From Macrostomum lignano (Eukaryota): 64,000 bases of DNA. The stretch is taken from assembly GCA_002269645.1 (NCBI GenBank), contig NIVC01000211.1, forward strand, positions 124,001 through 188,000, written 5' to 3'. Positions 35,001-48,354 of the stretch are shown here, piece by piece. The translations under genes were made by a program, and so were the position numbers. Position 1 is the stretch's first letter, and every line of letters starts with the position of its first letter. The notes below the pieces were generated by a model. The model was given only the letters and a program-made list of their open reading frames with translations. It was not told the origin of the DNA and made no database searches.

Positions 35001-38000
35001 ACTTGTTGTGGATGCCAAGAGGCTAGAGCCCTTCTGCGAATATATTGTTGATTAAACGTCATCATATCTAACTCAGGATTTTATTTTAACCGATTTTGGT
35101 CGCATGAATTCCTGGAGTTCCTGGTCCCGCTGTTAGTTAATGAACCCCACTGATTCAGCCACTGATGATGCTAACAGCCTAGCTAAGCAGCTGGGTTACT
35201 AAAAGCCCGTGGTTACCAAGCCAGCGCGCATGTTCCCTTGAATCCCGCGGGCCAGTCTGCCCTGTCATACACACTGGCTGACCAGAATTCTCCCCCAGGA
35301 CAGGACAGGCTCAAAAAGGTAAACAGATGATGTAATAGACAGCATGATTGCCTTCATGCTGGGGGGAGAGAAGGGAAAAGATGAAAATTGGAAAATTGGA
35401 CGGGCAGAAAAAGACAAAGAAAGAAAACATTGCGAATTTCAAAGACTGGAAATTTGTCCCATCCTCCCAGTCGGTTGCTATGCCGAGGCGGGGGACCCTA
35501 ATAGCCTAAAATGGCCCTTTATAGCTAATCCACTTTCCAGGAAACAATTATAAGTCTGTCTGTTAATCCAGTTTCTAGGAAACAATTATAAGTCTGTCTG
35601 TTAATCCAGTTTCCGCAAAACAATTATAAGTCTTCTGTTAATCCAGTTTCTAGGAAACAATTATAAGTCTGTCTGTTAATCCAGTTTCTAGGAAACAATT
35701 ATAAGTCTGTCTGTTAATCCAGTTTCCAAGAAACAATTATAAGTTTGTCTGTTAATCCAGTTTCTGGGAAACAATTATAAGTCTGTCTGTTAATCCAGTT
35801 TCCAAGAAACAATGTTAAGTCTGTCTGTTAATCCAGTTTCCAGGAAACAATTATAAGTCTGTCTGTTTATCCAGTTTCCAGGAAACAATTATAAGTCTGT
35901 CTGTTTATCCAGTTTCCAAGAAACAATTATAAGTCTGTCTGTTAATCCAGTTTCCAAGAAACAATTATAAGTCTGTCTGTTAATCCAGTTTCTTGGAAAC
36001 AATTATAAGTTTGTCTGTTAATCCAGTTTCTGGGAAACAATTATAAGTCTGTCTGTTAATCCAATTTCTAGGAAACAATTATAAGTCTGTCTGTTAATCC
36101 AGTTTCTAGGAAACAATTATAAGTCTGTCTGTTAATCCAGTTTCTAGGAAACAATTATAAGTCTGTCTGTTAATCCAGTTTCTTGGAAACAATTATAAGT
36201 CTGTCTGTTAATCCAGTTTCTAGGAAACAATTATAAGTCTGTCTGTTAATCCAGTTTCTAGGAAACAATTATAAGTCTGTCTGTTAATCCAGTTTCTTGG
36301 AAACAATTATAAGTCTGTCTGTTAATCCAGTTTCTAGGAAACAATTATAAGTCTGTCTGTTAATCCAGTTTCTAGGAAACAATTATAAGTCTGTCTGTTA
36401 ATCCAGTTTCTAGGAAACAATTATAAGTCTGTCTGCTAATCCAGTTTCTAGGAAACAATTATAAGTCTGTCTGTTAATCCAGTTTCTAGGAAACAATTAT
36501 AAGTCTGTCTGTTAATCCAGTTTCTAGGAAACAATTATAAGTCTGTCTGTTAATACAGTTTCTGGGAAACAATTATAAGTCTGTCTGTTAATCCAGTTTC
36601 CAAGAAACAATGTTAAGTCTGTCTGTTAATCCAGTTTCCAGGAAACAATTATAAGTCTGTCTGTTTATCCAGTTTCCAGGAAACAATTATAAGTCTGTCT
36701 GTTTATCCAGTTTCCAAGAAACAATTATAAGTCTGTCTGTTAATCCAGTTTCCAAGAAACAATTATAAGTCTGTCTGTTAATCCAGTTTCTAGGAAACAA
36801 TTATAAGTCTGACTGTTAATTCAGTTTCTGGGAAACAATTATAAGTCTGTCTGTTAATCCAGTTTCTAGGAAACAATTATAAGTCTGTCTGTTAATCCAG
36901 TTTCTAGGAAACAATTATAAGTCTGTCTGTTAATCCAGTTTCTAGGAAACAATTATAAGTCTGTCTGTTAATCCAGTTTCTAGGAAACAATTATAAATCT
37001 GTCTGTTAATCCAGTTTCTAGGAAACAATTATAAGTCTGTCTGTTAATCCAGTTTCCAAGAAACAATTATAAGTTTGTCTGTTAATCCAGTTTCTGGGAA
37101 ACAATTATAAGTCTGTCTGTTAATCCAGTTTCCAGGAAACAATTATAAGTCTGTCTGTTAATCCAGTTTCCAAGAAACAATTATAAGTTAGTCTGTTAAT
37201 CCAGTTTCTTGGAAACAATTATAAGTCTGTCTGTTAATCCAGTTTCTAGGAAACAATTATAAGTCTGTCTGTTAATCCAGTTTCTAGGAAACAATTATAA
37301 GTCTGACTGTTAATTCAGTTTCTGGGAAACAATTATAAGTCTGTCTGTTAATCCAGTTTCCAAGAAACAATTATAAGTCTGTCTGTTAATCCAGTTTCCA
37401 AGAAACAATTATAAGTCTGTCTGTTAATCCAGTTTCTAGGAAACAATTATAAGTCTGTCTGTTAATCCAGTTTCTAGGAAACAATTATAAGTCTGTCTGT
37501 TAATCCAGTTTCTAGGAAACAATTATAAGTCTGACTGTTAATTCAGTTTCTGGGAAACAATTATAAGTCTGTCTGTTAATCCAGTTTCCAGGAAACAATT
37601 ATAAGTCTGTCTGTTAATCCAGTTTCCGCGAAACAATTATAAGTCTGTCTGTTAATCCAGTTTCCAGGAAACAATTATAAGTCTGTCTGTTAATCCAGTT
37701 TCCAGGAAACAATTTAAGTCTATCTGTCTTCCTGACTAATCGGTCGGGACTCGAGCATGGGACTTAACCGGCTCAGGACTTAAAAGCAGCATCAAGATTT
37801 ATCGGGAAGAAAAATTCTAACAAAAAATTTCCAAATGCAAAAATTATGAATTTGTCTGCCTCAGAATTTGTCTTTTCTCTAGGAAAGAAGAATTCAAAGA
37901 TAAATAATTGCTACAAGCATCAGGTGTAGCGAGAGATTGTTTTTTTCTTTCTATAAGCCTCTGGTGCGCCAGGTGGATTTTTCGGTATTCAAAACGACAC

Positions 38001-41000
38001 AAAGGGCTAGCTGAAAGAATCGTTTTGTTTAAAAAAAGGCCGCCTTTGACGAATTGGAACAGGGTGAGACGCGTGATCAATTTGTCTCCGTGTTGAGGCA
38101 ATCGGTTATTTTGCATCGCGAAAGCAGAAATTGGAAAAATTAGGATAATTGGGACAGCATAGTCTGGAAATCTAGCGTTATTTCAGGGGATTTTCAACTC
38201 TTGGGAAATTTTGAACTCTAGAGGGAATTTTGAACTTTCTGGGAATTCTAAACTGAAGGATTTTGAACTTTTTGAGAAATTTTCAACTATGGGGAATTTA
38301 AAACGGGGGATTTTTTAAACTGTGGTGAGTTTTGAACCATGAAGAAATTTAAATTTTTTGCTAAATCATAAAGCCTGGGGGATTTTAAGCTGAATTTCGA
38401 AGAAAAGTACTTTCTCGCCATACCTGCAGTTCGCTTAACGGACTGTCTGGCGGCATCTCTTTGATCTTGATTGGTTTCGGCCGCGACAGATTCAGCGGCG
38501 TCGCAGGGTCCCGGTTGTCGTCGTCAAGTTTTATACTGTCGGTTGCTAGGCAACCGTTGCTAAGATCACAAATTTGCTGCTGAGGACTCTGCAAGAGGTA
38601 CGGGTTGAGTTGAGTAGAATTATTAATAACTATATTTTTATGTACACTCTCTGTGACTTGGTGGGCTGGCATGAACCGCAAGACAACCATTCAGCCAATT
38701 TTCGTGCACAACAAGCCCCAAAGGGGTCGCGCGTTTACCGCTGCCTCATCCGCGGTTCCCACGCAAATCAGAGCCGCTCTTCCAATAGACTCTGCCCAAT
38801 AGCGAAATGCTTTCAAAGTCCCGTTGCCGATACTCCTGGTATGTTGGGCCTCTCTAATGTGTGTCCCCCCCCCCAGTTCGCCTGGCGGCACCCGAGAGTC
38901 AACCATCTGCTCCGAGTCCCTGAGGCTTTTAGTAGGAGAAAGAAGAAAAACTCCCAGATGAAGCGAAGATTCTTTCCGTCCGTGCCTCTATTTCTAAAAA
39001 CTCCAAGCCACCCTCTTTCTTCTTATTTCACAATTGAGGAAAGAGCAGCACGGGAGTTGGGTTCGGTCCGAAGTAAAGCTACTTCTCGATAATCGACACA
39101 GCTGCTCTATAATCCGAGGCTCTAAGCGTCATCAGCGAAGCTGGAGGGGAGGGAGGGGGCGGCGAGCCGAAACGAAGAAGAACAAAGGGGCTGAGCTGGG
39201 AGAACGGGGCTGGGCTTTTAAATCTCGGCCGGGGGAAAATGAATTGGATGAAGAATTACGACGGCGGCTGCTGCTCGAGCGATGACGTCATAACATACGG
39301 CTCGATGGGGCAATCCAGCTATGGAGGGCCAGACAGGGCCTGGGGACATCTGCGCTAGCAGGCAGGACCGACACGCACATGTATTGAGAGAGAGAGAGAG
39401 AGAGAGTTCGGTATTGTAAAAATCGAATGAAAAACTTCGAGGCCACAATGGACGGGACTGTGGGAATAAAGCGAAACGTTGATGGGAAAAGAGGGGAGGC
39501 GCGCGCGCGCACATGCAGAGTCCGGAAAGGCTGGAGTATAATTAGGCTGGGAATTAGGCTGCAGCCTCTCTGCACGAATGGGCTTCTGCTTTGATTCTTC
39601 AAAGGTTCCGCCGTGTTGCGAGTTCAGTTTTATCAATTTCTATGCGAGAGAGATATCGCTGACATTCGCGAGTTCAATTCTTTGTAATATTCCCTTAACT
39701 ATGAAACAATTTTTTGTCTTATAGAAGAAACTCCTAATTCCGACTAATTAACTATTAATTACGAGCTAGAAGCATCGCTGTTGATTTTACCAACTGAGTC
39801 TGGCTGAGACAGAATGGATACCCAAGTTTGGTAAATTATTTTTTCTGCAATACGGACCCAACATGGGCTCCGTGAGTTTTTTATCCGGATTTCATGGTAT
39901 AGTTAAACAAAAAATCCACTCACCAACCGAGTAAAGAAAGACAAGGAAACAACGAGGACTCGAGGATAATGAGAATGACAAAAAAAAGTGAGCAAGCAGA
40001 CGGCGCACATCGACTCAAAGCGCGAATTTTGTGAGGCTGTGAATTTATCTAGAAAACAGCCGGGCTCAAGTGGGTGAAGCTCGCAGGTGGCTGAGGAGAC
40101 ACGCTGGTTGCCCCCCTGTGCTTCTGGTTCAGCCTAATTCTTTGCCTAGGAAATTTCCACGAGAAAACACTTTGGCTCAGACTGCAGGTTGTCGGTTTGA
40201 GTTGTCAGCTACTTCTTAAGTTTATGCTAATACTTTAACCGAATCATGAATTGCGCTCAAGTAGAAAGACGCTTGTACATTTCATTTTCTTAGAAAGGTC
40301 TTCTTTTGGAGGCCGTTTTGTTTGTCGTATCGCTGGTGCATTTATCATCCTCTATAGATAACGCATTGCGTTGAATGGAGTTTTTTTTGAAAAAATCGAA
40401 AAATACCAAAAAGTAATAACGTAAACTAGGGGTCTATTTTTGTAAGGCCCTATAGTTTGAAGTTTTGCACGGTTTGGATTGTGTAGGCGAAGCATGAGGG
40501 GAACAAAGATCCAGACAGTTGACAGTATAAATGGTGAATTGGAAGATCGAGGATTAATCAATCTCCATCCCTGGGGGATGTAAATAAAAGCATTAGAAAC
40601 AAGGAGACAAAGGGAAGGGGCCGGGGCTGTAACAGGCCCTGGGGCGAATTCGATTCTGCTGATGGACCAGGCGGGCAGCCATAAGACTATTAATATAGAT
40701 GGACAAGCTGGGCCGGCCCTGGGTCACAGCGCAAGGACGCCTAAAGCTAACGAACTTTGGACTGGAAATGAAATTTGCCTTCACAGATGAGTTTTATTTA
40801 AAATTGCCTTCAATTTTACTGTATGGTGTGTTTTAGTCAGGACATCATATATTTTGTTCAAATGTAGAAAAAGTTTGAAGGAGGCCTTCATACAAAGGAC
40901 AGTGCCCCTCCAAGGACAGTGCCCCCTCTAAGGACAGTGCCCCTTCCAAGGATACTGTCCACTCCATTGACAGTGCCCCCTCCAAGGATATTGTCCACTC

Positions 41001-44000
41001 CAAGGACAGTGCCCCATCCAAGGATAGTGCCCCCTCCAAGGATATTGTCCACTCCAAGGATAGTGCCCCCTCCAAGGATATTGTCCACTCCAAGGATATT
41101 GTTCACTCCAAGGACAGTGCCCCATCCAAGGATATTGTCCACTCCAAGGACAGTGCCCCCTCCAAGGACAGTGCCCCATCCAAGGACAGTGCCCCCTCCA
41201 AGGATATTGTCCACTCCAAGGACAGTGCCCCATCCAAGGACAGTGCCCCCTCCAAGGATATTTTCCACTCCAAGGACAGTGCCCCATCCAAGGACAGTGC
41301 CCCCTCCAAGGATATTGTCCACTCCAAGGACAGTAGCCCCTCCAAGAACATTGTCCACTCCAAGGACAGTGCCCCATCCAAGGACAGTGCCCCCTCCAAG
41401 GATATTGTCCACTCCAAGGACAGTGCCCCATCCAAGGACAGTATCCCCTCCAAGGATAGTGCCCCCTTCGAGGAAAGAGCCCCCTCCGAGGACAGTGTAA
41501 ACTCCAAGGACATCCAAAGAAGGCATGGACTCCAGAAACTTGCATTTAGATTGGAAATTTTCAATTTTTTCTACCGCTAAATATCCTTCCCCAGTCCAAG
41601 TGATTGCTTCAAGGCGTCCCTGGTGCGAGGCTCGCGTGGGAGGTTTCCAGCCACATGTGTGGGGAATCAAACCTCTGCCTCCTGGCTCTCTAGGGCTACA
41701 CTTTTATGTATTTTGCTCTCTCCCTACAGCTCGAGCAGCCCAGCGCAGAGTGATTGACTGCATAAACAGAACGCCTTGAGCGGGGGCAGCCAGTCTACAA
41801 GGCAGAGATCAGACCCCATGCAGCCCTCTCTAACCCTCCAGTTAGCTGATCCCTATTTGCTCGGCCCCTGGGGATCTGCAGGCAACAGTTTGGGAATTAA
41901 TTATGCATCAGGTAGACACTGGGCGAGCTACACACGGAAACTGGAGAATAAAAATTGAAATTGGAAGAGAAGAATGACTCGCTCGGAGCAGTCTGCTGCA
42001 TGGGCTGTCGTTAACCGCAAGCAACAGACGGATGCGCATCAGGCTTTGTCTTGGCAGGCATCGCAATTGACAGATTCGAATCCCCAAAGGGTTTTGAAGC
42101 GATCTTCCCAGCAATGGACTGTCTGCCCAGGGTCCTATTCAGTCTCCCCGTATAGACAAAGGCGACCACCGCCACAGCTGGAGGGGAAAAGTCAAGACGG
42201 ATATTCAAACTAAAAGCAAGATCATTTTTAAGAGAGAGCTTTGTTCCGGCTCCTCCACCGCCGCCCGATCGCAATCGCTTCTGTTGTTCGACTTTGGCGA
42301 GAACGACAAGAGCCTCGCCCAAGCCACATCGCATCTCAGGAACAAGAATTGAAATTCGATCTCCCGTTTGGGAGCGAAGGCAAAGCGAAATTGAGATTGC
42401 ACAACCCGATTCCCTCTCCCTCCTCCGCGATGCAGTTCGGCCTTCAATTCCATCCTCGAGAGCCGGGGCTCTTTGTGTCCGGAACCGGCCGCTAAACTCG
42501 TCGAGAGGGAAAGGGGAACCGCGCGCCCAACTACGGGTTCTTGGAGAAGTTTGCAGAGCCGACTGGCGCGAGCTAAAATTATAGTCCGGGGCCTCCTGCA
42601 GTTTCGGAATTTCGGCTGAAGCTTTCCTGCCACCACAGATCAGGAAGGAAATGAAACGGCATTAAATTACCACGCAGTTCGGGGTAATAATACTAATAAT
42701 AATATCATTATTATAAATTCTAAAGTCTATAATTACGGCCACGCGAAGTTGCATTGTGGTAAACAAGGAACAAAGAGTTATATAGACAAAGACACGCTGC
42801 CAGCAAAAGAAGAATAATGGCCGGTGTTTTCTTATAGCAGAAGAAGAAAGAGAGCAGGAGAAAGTGTCAGAGACTGGAGAATCGTAAACAAGATCTGAGC
42901 AGTTTGGGATGCAGAAATGGCAATATGAAATATTATATTACGCGAAATGGCCTGGGCCATATGCCGTCTTATTATATAATGGGGTGAGGCTTGAGGCTTA
43001 TCCAGAGTTTGAGCTCGAAAATTGAGCAACCAACCCCACCAGAGAGGCATCCACGAGCCTGCCTTTAGTATAAGCAGCATCACACATACAGGGACTCAAA
43101 GATTCCCGAGAGATGGGAACTACAACCCCTCACCCCACCCTAAACCCCCGAGCAGTCAATTGAAAAGCACTCAGTTATAGGGAGGGTCCATTATTACTAC
43201 TCCAAAAACGATTTTATATTTATTATATATACTAGTATTTGTGAGCCTGACCGCCGTAAAAATGAGTTACGAATCTCGAGTTTGATTTTTGTTAAAGCAT
43301 ATGGTCGGTCACAGATCTATTGCTCATTCTTATCTTTAGCAGAATACGCTCGTATATATCGTCTGAAAAGGTTGAGTCACAGAGTATCTCGATGTATAGA
43401 CACTATGGATAAGTTGTTCATTGTATGTATCTGTCTATCGCTAAGTCCTCATTGTCTGTCTATGGCTCAGTGTCTCACTGTTTATGGCTCAGTGTGTCTC
43501 ACTGTCTATGGCTCAGTGTCTCACTGTCTATGGCTCAGTGTGTCTCACTGTCTATGGCTCAGTGTCTCACTGTCTATGGCTCAGTGTCTCACTGTCTATG
43601 GCTCAGTGTCTCACTGTCTATGGCTCAGTGTCTCACTGTCTATGGCTCAGTGTGTCTCACTGTCTATGGCTCAGTGTGTCTCACTGTCTATGGCTCATTG
43701 TCTCACTGTCTATGGCTCAGTGTCTCACTGTCTATGGCTCAGTGTCCCACTGTCTATGGCTCAGTGTCTCACTGTCTATGGCTCAGTGTGTCTCACTGTC
43801 TATGGCTCAGTGTGTCTCACTGTCTATGGCTCAGTGTCTCACTGTCTATGGCTCAGTGTGTCTCACTGTCTATGGCTCAGTGTCTCACTGTCTATGGCTC
43901 AGTGTCTCACTGTCTATGGCTCAGTGTGTCTCACTGTCTATGGCTCAGTGTGTCTCACTGTCTATGGCTCAGTGTCTCACTGTCTATGGCTCAGTGTGTC

Positions 44001-45764
44001 TCACTGTCTATGGCTCAGTGTGTCTCACTGTCTATGGCTCAGTGTGTCTCACTGTCTATGGCTCAGTGTCTCACTGTCTATGGCTCAGTGTGTCTCACTG
44101 TCTATGGCTCAGTGTCTCACTGTCTATGGCTCAGTGTCTCACTGTCTATGGCTCAGTGTGTCTCACTGTCTATGGCTCAGTGTGTCTCACTGTCTATGGC
44201 TCAGTGTCTCACTGTCTATGGCTCAGTGTGTCTCACTGTCTATGGCTCAGTGTCTGACTGTGTCTTTAGCTTAAGCGTCTCATTGTCTTCAAATACAATA
44301 TAAGCGCAAAAAAACTTTCCAACGCAATTTGCTGCACCAACCTGCACGGAAACTTCTATATTAGTCACTCGATATGTCAGAGTCAAGTTATTATAAACGC
44401 GCAAGTTTAAAACTTCATGTACAAGACTGACAATATATACTATATGAAACAAGTATGCAAACTGCTTAATATATAATCATGCTTAACTTAAAAGCTTTCT
44501 GAAGCAAACAGTAGCTGCGGATAGATTCAAATTTGATACAGCAGTGTATCCGGACCGCGCCTTCCTTCTGCCTTTACATGGCCATTGCACAATTCGAACA
44601 GAGCCTCTTGTGCGGTTAACAAAAACAAGCCAAGATCCACCTACAGACCTGCCTTCACCCTAGCCAGTATAACTAAATTCGAAAGTTCCTCGATTGCCCT
44701 GCCGCACAAGCTATTGCAGGCTATCGTTTATGCAAAATCTTGTCAGCACAGCCCCCCTCACCTGTTGTTTCCTACCTCGATCACATTCGCTAAGCTTGCA
44801 CAACACACTCTACACTGCACAGCGTAGGTACAGCACAGGTAAGACAGGTAACCTGAGAATTCAAATTCAAATTCTGGAAATCGGATGCTAAGATCTTGCA
44901 GTTCCTTGGGATCAACTTTTGTATACTGTTTGATCCTTCTTTACAAAGAATTTAAGAATCCTTACATCGGCGAGACTTGAACACTTTGGCTGAGACAAAT
45001 CAAATCATAATTATCGAGCCAGGCCAAACTAAACCAAGAGAGTTCATTTAGAAAGTTTCAGGGACCAGCGAGCGCTTATCTAATTGTTAATTGATATTTA
45101 TAGCATCCACCGGGGGTTTCACACCTGTGCTTAACCTATCCTCCCTCCCCCACGGCCTAACCTCCGCCTCACCTGAGCAATTTGGCAATTTCAGCTTCTA
45201 ATTACTCTTAGCATCGTAAATTAGCCTTCCTTGCACATTCGCACGGAGTCATAAAGTCCCACTAATATCTGGATAGATAAGCCCAAGGCAGTAAAAATGA
45301 TCAAGCGATGCTGATAATGTTACAAAAATAGATTAGCTCACCGCCGCTCGGCAGGTCACGTGACTTCGCAAGTTGCCCAACTGAACCAGCAGCTCGTCCA
45401 GGTAAGCCAGCTGATCGGTGGGCGCCAATTCAGCGAAGCAGGAGTCGCGCAGCCACTGCACCACCTGGCTCGGCGTGGCTGAACTTGGCAGCAGCTCACC
45501 TGAGCAGCTCGAACCGTGAGCTGTAGGCGGAGACATCGACACTCGCAGCTCGGTGACGGCAGTTTCGGCGTCAGAGGAACTATCCGAAGATGAGGGCACC
45601 TGAGGCGGCTGATGCGGAGGCAGCAGAGCCACCTGCTGGTAGGTAGCAGAATGAGCTGCTACAGGAGTTTTTGCTGTCCCGTTCGGCTTGGCAACGGTTC
45701 GGTAGAACTTGCTGGGAGCGGACGCTTTCCGTTTAGAAGTCATCACAGGGCAGCAGGCCTGCAT
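32026..45764 (-). CDS. SoxD: SoxD-group (Sox5/6/13-like) HMG transcription factor, 6 coding exons, about 644 aa
   Basis: Exons 45764-45342 (MTSKRKAS, leucine-heptad segment), 38588-38424 (PLNLSRPK), 34742-34519, 33692-33557, 33457-32680 ([51 protein letters not shown]) and 32234-32026. All joins are GT-AG and phase-consistent (1935 nt). The link of the first exon is less certain; extra exons are possible. Confidence 0.88.
32455..32640. repeat. 12/24-bp repeat in the last SoxD intron
   Basis: TCACTCTATCTG / TCACTCTGCCTA alternation. Confidence 0.85.
33840..34350. repeat. 14/15-bp minisatellite in a SoxD intron
   Basis: CCAAATCTCCCATT repeated. Confidence 0.9.
35525..37720. repeat. 38-bp minisatellite, about 57 copies, in a SoxD intron
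   Basis: GAAACAATTATAAGTCTGTCTGTTAATCCAGTTTCTAG; period measured at 35541 to 35579. Confidence 0.95.
40905..41505. repeat. 18-bp minisatellite with two interleaved variants
   Basis: CCAAGGACAGTGCCCC(C/A)T and CCAAGGATATTGTCCACT. Confidence 0.9.
41620..41695 (-). mobile_element. Possible tRNA-derived SINE head
   Basis: Minus strand AGGAGGCAGAGGTTTGATTCCC resembles a B box (GGTTCGATTCC with CpG decay). Confidence 0.25.
43440..44262. repeat. 22/24-bp minisatellite
   Basis: CTCACTGTCTATGGCTCAGTGT(GT) repeated. Confidence 0.93.
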
Positions 45765-46274
45765 GGCAGATTGTGGGCCAGGTAATCAGTTTACTGTTCG
45801 AATCTGCAGCGCTGGAAATTGTCTTATCAAGCTAAGAAAGCCTTCTATTCTCGGATACTTGTAAGACTAAAAAGAGCCTGACAAAGAGGGGCCAGGGCTG
45901 GTGGGGGTGGGGGTGTCACGCGGATGGACGGAGCCAGACGACCGAACTCTTTTTATAGTAGAAGCAGATGATTCGAAACAGTTCGAGAATTTTGCAGCCA
46001 ATGAGAGGCCGGCGTCGAAAAAATGGTGCGAGGAGAGACGGGGGAGGAGGGGGGAGAGAGGAGATGAGGAAAACTGCAACCCCACCCACCCGAACCACCC
46101 GGCAGGCGCTTGTGAATAAGGAACTAAATGTAATTAGCAAGATTTTCGCTTTGTGCGCTTTTTATTACTCCATTTCAATTTGTTTTCTTTTCTGACAAAT
46201 TCAAAATAAGGCATAAATAAATAAGTAAATAACTCTGCTGCAGTGCAGACAAAATGCCTAAAATTTAGCATTGA

Positions 46275-46905
46275 GGAGCCAAAATGACCTAAAGCGCCAA
46301 AATGAGCACCTGAGGCGCTAAAACGAGGATCTAAGGCGTCAAAATGAGCACCTGAGGCGCCCAAATGAGCACCTAAGGCGCCAAAATGAGCACCTGAGGC
46401 GCCAAAATGAGCATCTAAGGCGCCAAAATGAGCATCGAAGCGCCAAAATGAGCACCTGAGGCGCCAAAATGAGCACCTGAGGCGCCAAAATGAGCACCTA
46501 AGGCGCCAAAATGAGCACCTAAGGCGCCAAAATGAGCACCTGAGGCGCCAAAATGAGCACCTGAGGCGCCAAAATGAGCACCTGAGGCGCCAAAATGAGC
46601 ATCTAAGGCGCCAAAATGAGCATCGAAGCGCCGAAATGAGAATGAGCACCTGAGGCGCCAAAATGAGGATCTAAGGCGTCAAAATGAGCACCTAAGGCGC
46701 CAAAATGAGCACCTGAGGCGCCAAAATGAGCACCTCAGGCGCCAAAATGAGCACCTAAGGCGCCAAAATGAGCATCTAAGGCGCCAAAATGAGCACCTGA
46801 GGTGCCCAAATGAGCACCTAAGGCGCCAAACTGAGCACCGAAGGCGCCAAAATGAGCACCTGAAGCGCTAAAGTTAGATTTTACGAAGTGCCAAGGCGCC
46901 AAAAT
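46275..46905. repeat. 21-bp GGCGCC-core minisatellite
   Basis: AAAATGAGCACCTGAGGCGCC repeated. Confidence 0.92.
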
Positions 46906-47539
46906 TGAGGCACAAAAACAGCGCGTGGCGCCACAATGAGCATCGTGGCTCGCAATCTAAAAAAGCCTTACAACAAAGATAACAACAGAGACAAATCCCA
47001 CAATTTCAATAACACCCCCGTATCTATCGAGTTCCTCTTCTTGTCAAACACGGCATTTCTTATCAAGTCACGAGGATCTCATCGGGCTTATTCTTATCCG
47101 CATCTCTCCGGGCTTGAGCACACCCAGTCCTCAGAGAAGCCAAGAGGTCTGTCTGTCTATAACCGTCTGATCCTTCCCATTTTTCTAGCGCGTGCCTCAT
47201 CAGCGCCACAAAAAATAAGAATCCAAACTAGCTACGCTAAACGCGAGGCTTTAAACACACACACCACACACACAAGGTACGGAAAAGGAAAAAGATAAGG
47301 AGTGAGCATATCGCAGGTAGGTAAATAAGTAAAGGCGGGGGGCAGCTGGAGCCCCAGCAGATTGAGTGGCCCAGCTCGCAAAAACACCAACTGCAGCTCA
47401 TGAGGCTTCTCTTTGTTGTTACATTTCCTTGACCCAGTATTCGTACTGAACTACTAGCTTTCATTGTGCCGCTTTAGATGAAAAATCGTTTCTACGGGCG
47501 AATAGTTTGGTGCTTTGAACACAGCCTGGCATTCAAAAC

Positions 47540-47790
47540 TTGGCGCTTATGAAACCCAACCCAAACTGGTGCCTATTAAACACAAAATGGCGCTTTTGAA
47601 ACCCAAAATAGCGCCTATTAAACCGAAAATGGCGTCTATTAAACCCAAAATCAAACCCGCTTATGAAACCCATTTTGGCGCTTATTAAATACATTGTGGC
47701 GCTTATGGAACCCATTTTGGCGCTTATGAAACCCGGCCATTTTGGCGCTTATAAAACCCGTTGTGGTGCATACAGTATGACACCCAAAAT
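47540..47790. repeat. Degenerate about 21-bp repeat
   Basis: AAACCCATTTTGGCGCTTATG-like units. Confidence 0.7.
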
Positions 47791-48269
47791 GGGTTTCAAA
47801 ACCCAAAAAAATATTCTCTCCCAGAGTTGCGTTAACCATGGGTTCAATCAATTAAACAAATATGAACGGTAAAAACACCTTAAACTCAAGTGGAAACGTG
47901 ACATTTATAAGTTACGAACTCCTTTACAGTAATAAGTCGTATGCCCATCGTTTTTTATTCCAACAGACGCTCGTACAGGGCCTGTCGTTTCGTTTCTGGG
48001 GTATCTTCTTGCCGTCATCGCTAAATCGGTACCAGAACGCACTGCTGATTTGAAAACGTGTTTCTAACTTTGGCACAGCTGTGATATGCATTGTCCCCCC
48101 GTGTATAGCCTGCCCACCCACAGCTCGGGTGCATGCGACCCCCCCCCCATTGCTTCAGCTTATCTATAAAAACATCTCTTATCAGTTTTTGCCCATTTCG
48201 CTTTGTTATAACGAAGTTGGTTCTATTTGATAAAAAGCCTGCTAGGTTAGTTAGTAAGAATTTTTCAAA

Positions 48270-48325
48270 AAAAGGACTCGAACCTGGAACTTCTTGTATT
48301 TAACATTAGCCAACTGAAACTGAAG
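48270..48325 (-). other. tRNA-derived fragment or SINE head (not an intact tRNA)
   Basis: Minus strand TTCAGTTGGCTAATG...CCAGGTTCGAGTCC-TTTTTT: B box plus T run; no full cloverleaf. Confidence 0.3.
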
Positions 48326-48354
48326 TGATGCCGCTAACATTGACTGGGTCTTCA

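Noticed and set aside
35525-37720. Regular 36-38-bp arrays (here and 48355-49235) superficially like CRISPR
   Set aside because: Head-to-tail units with no unique spacers, no cas genes, eukaryotic context.
40888-41670. 260-aa minus-strand ORF with [12 protein letters not shown] hexapeptides resembling left-handed beta-helix repeats
   Set aside because: It is the translation of an 18-bp intronic minisatellite that is open in several frames; no flanking domain or splice support.
42205-42636. 143-aa minus-strand ORF as an extra SoxD exon
   Set aside because: No SoxD-like motif or clear splice pair; more likely regulatory or UTR sequence.
43282-44303. Long ORFs (257-330 aa) in three frames
   Set aside because: Stop-free 22/24-bp tandem repeat; not coding.
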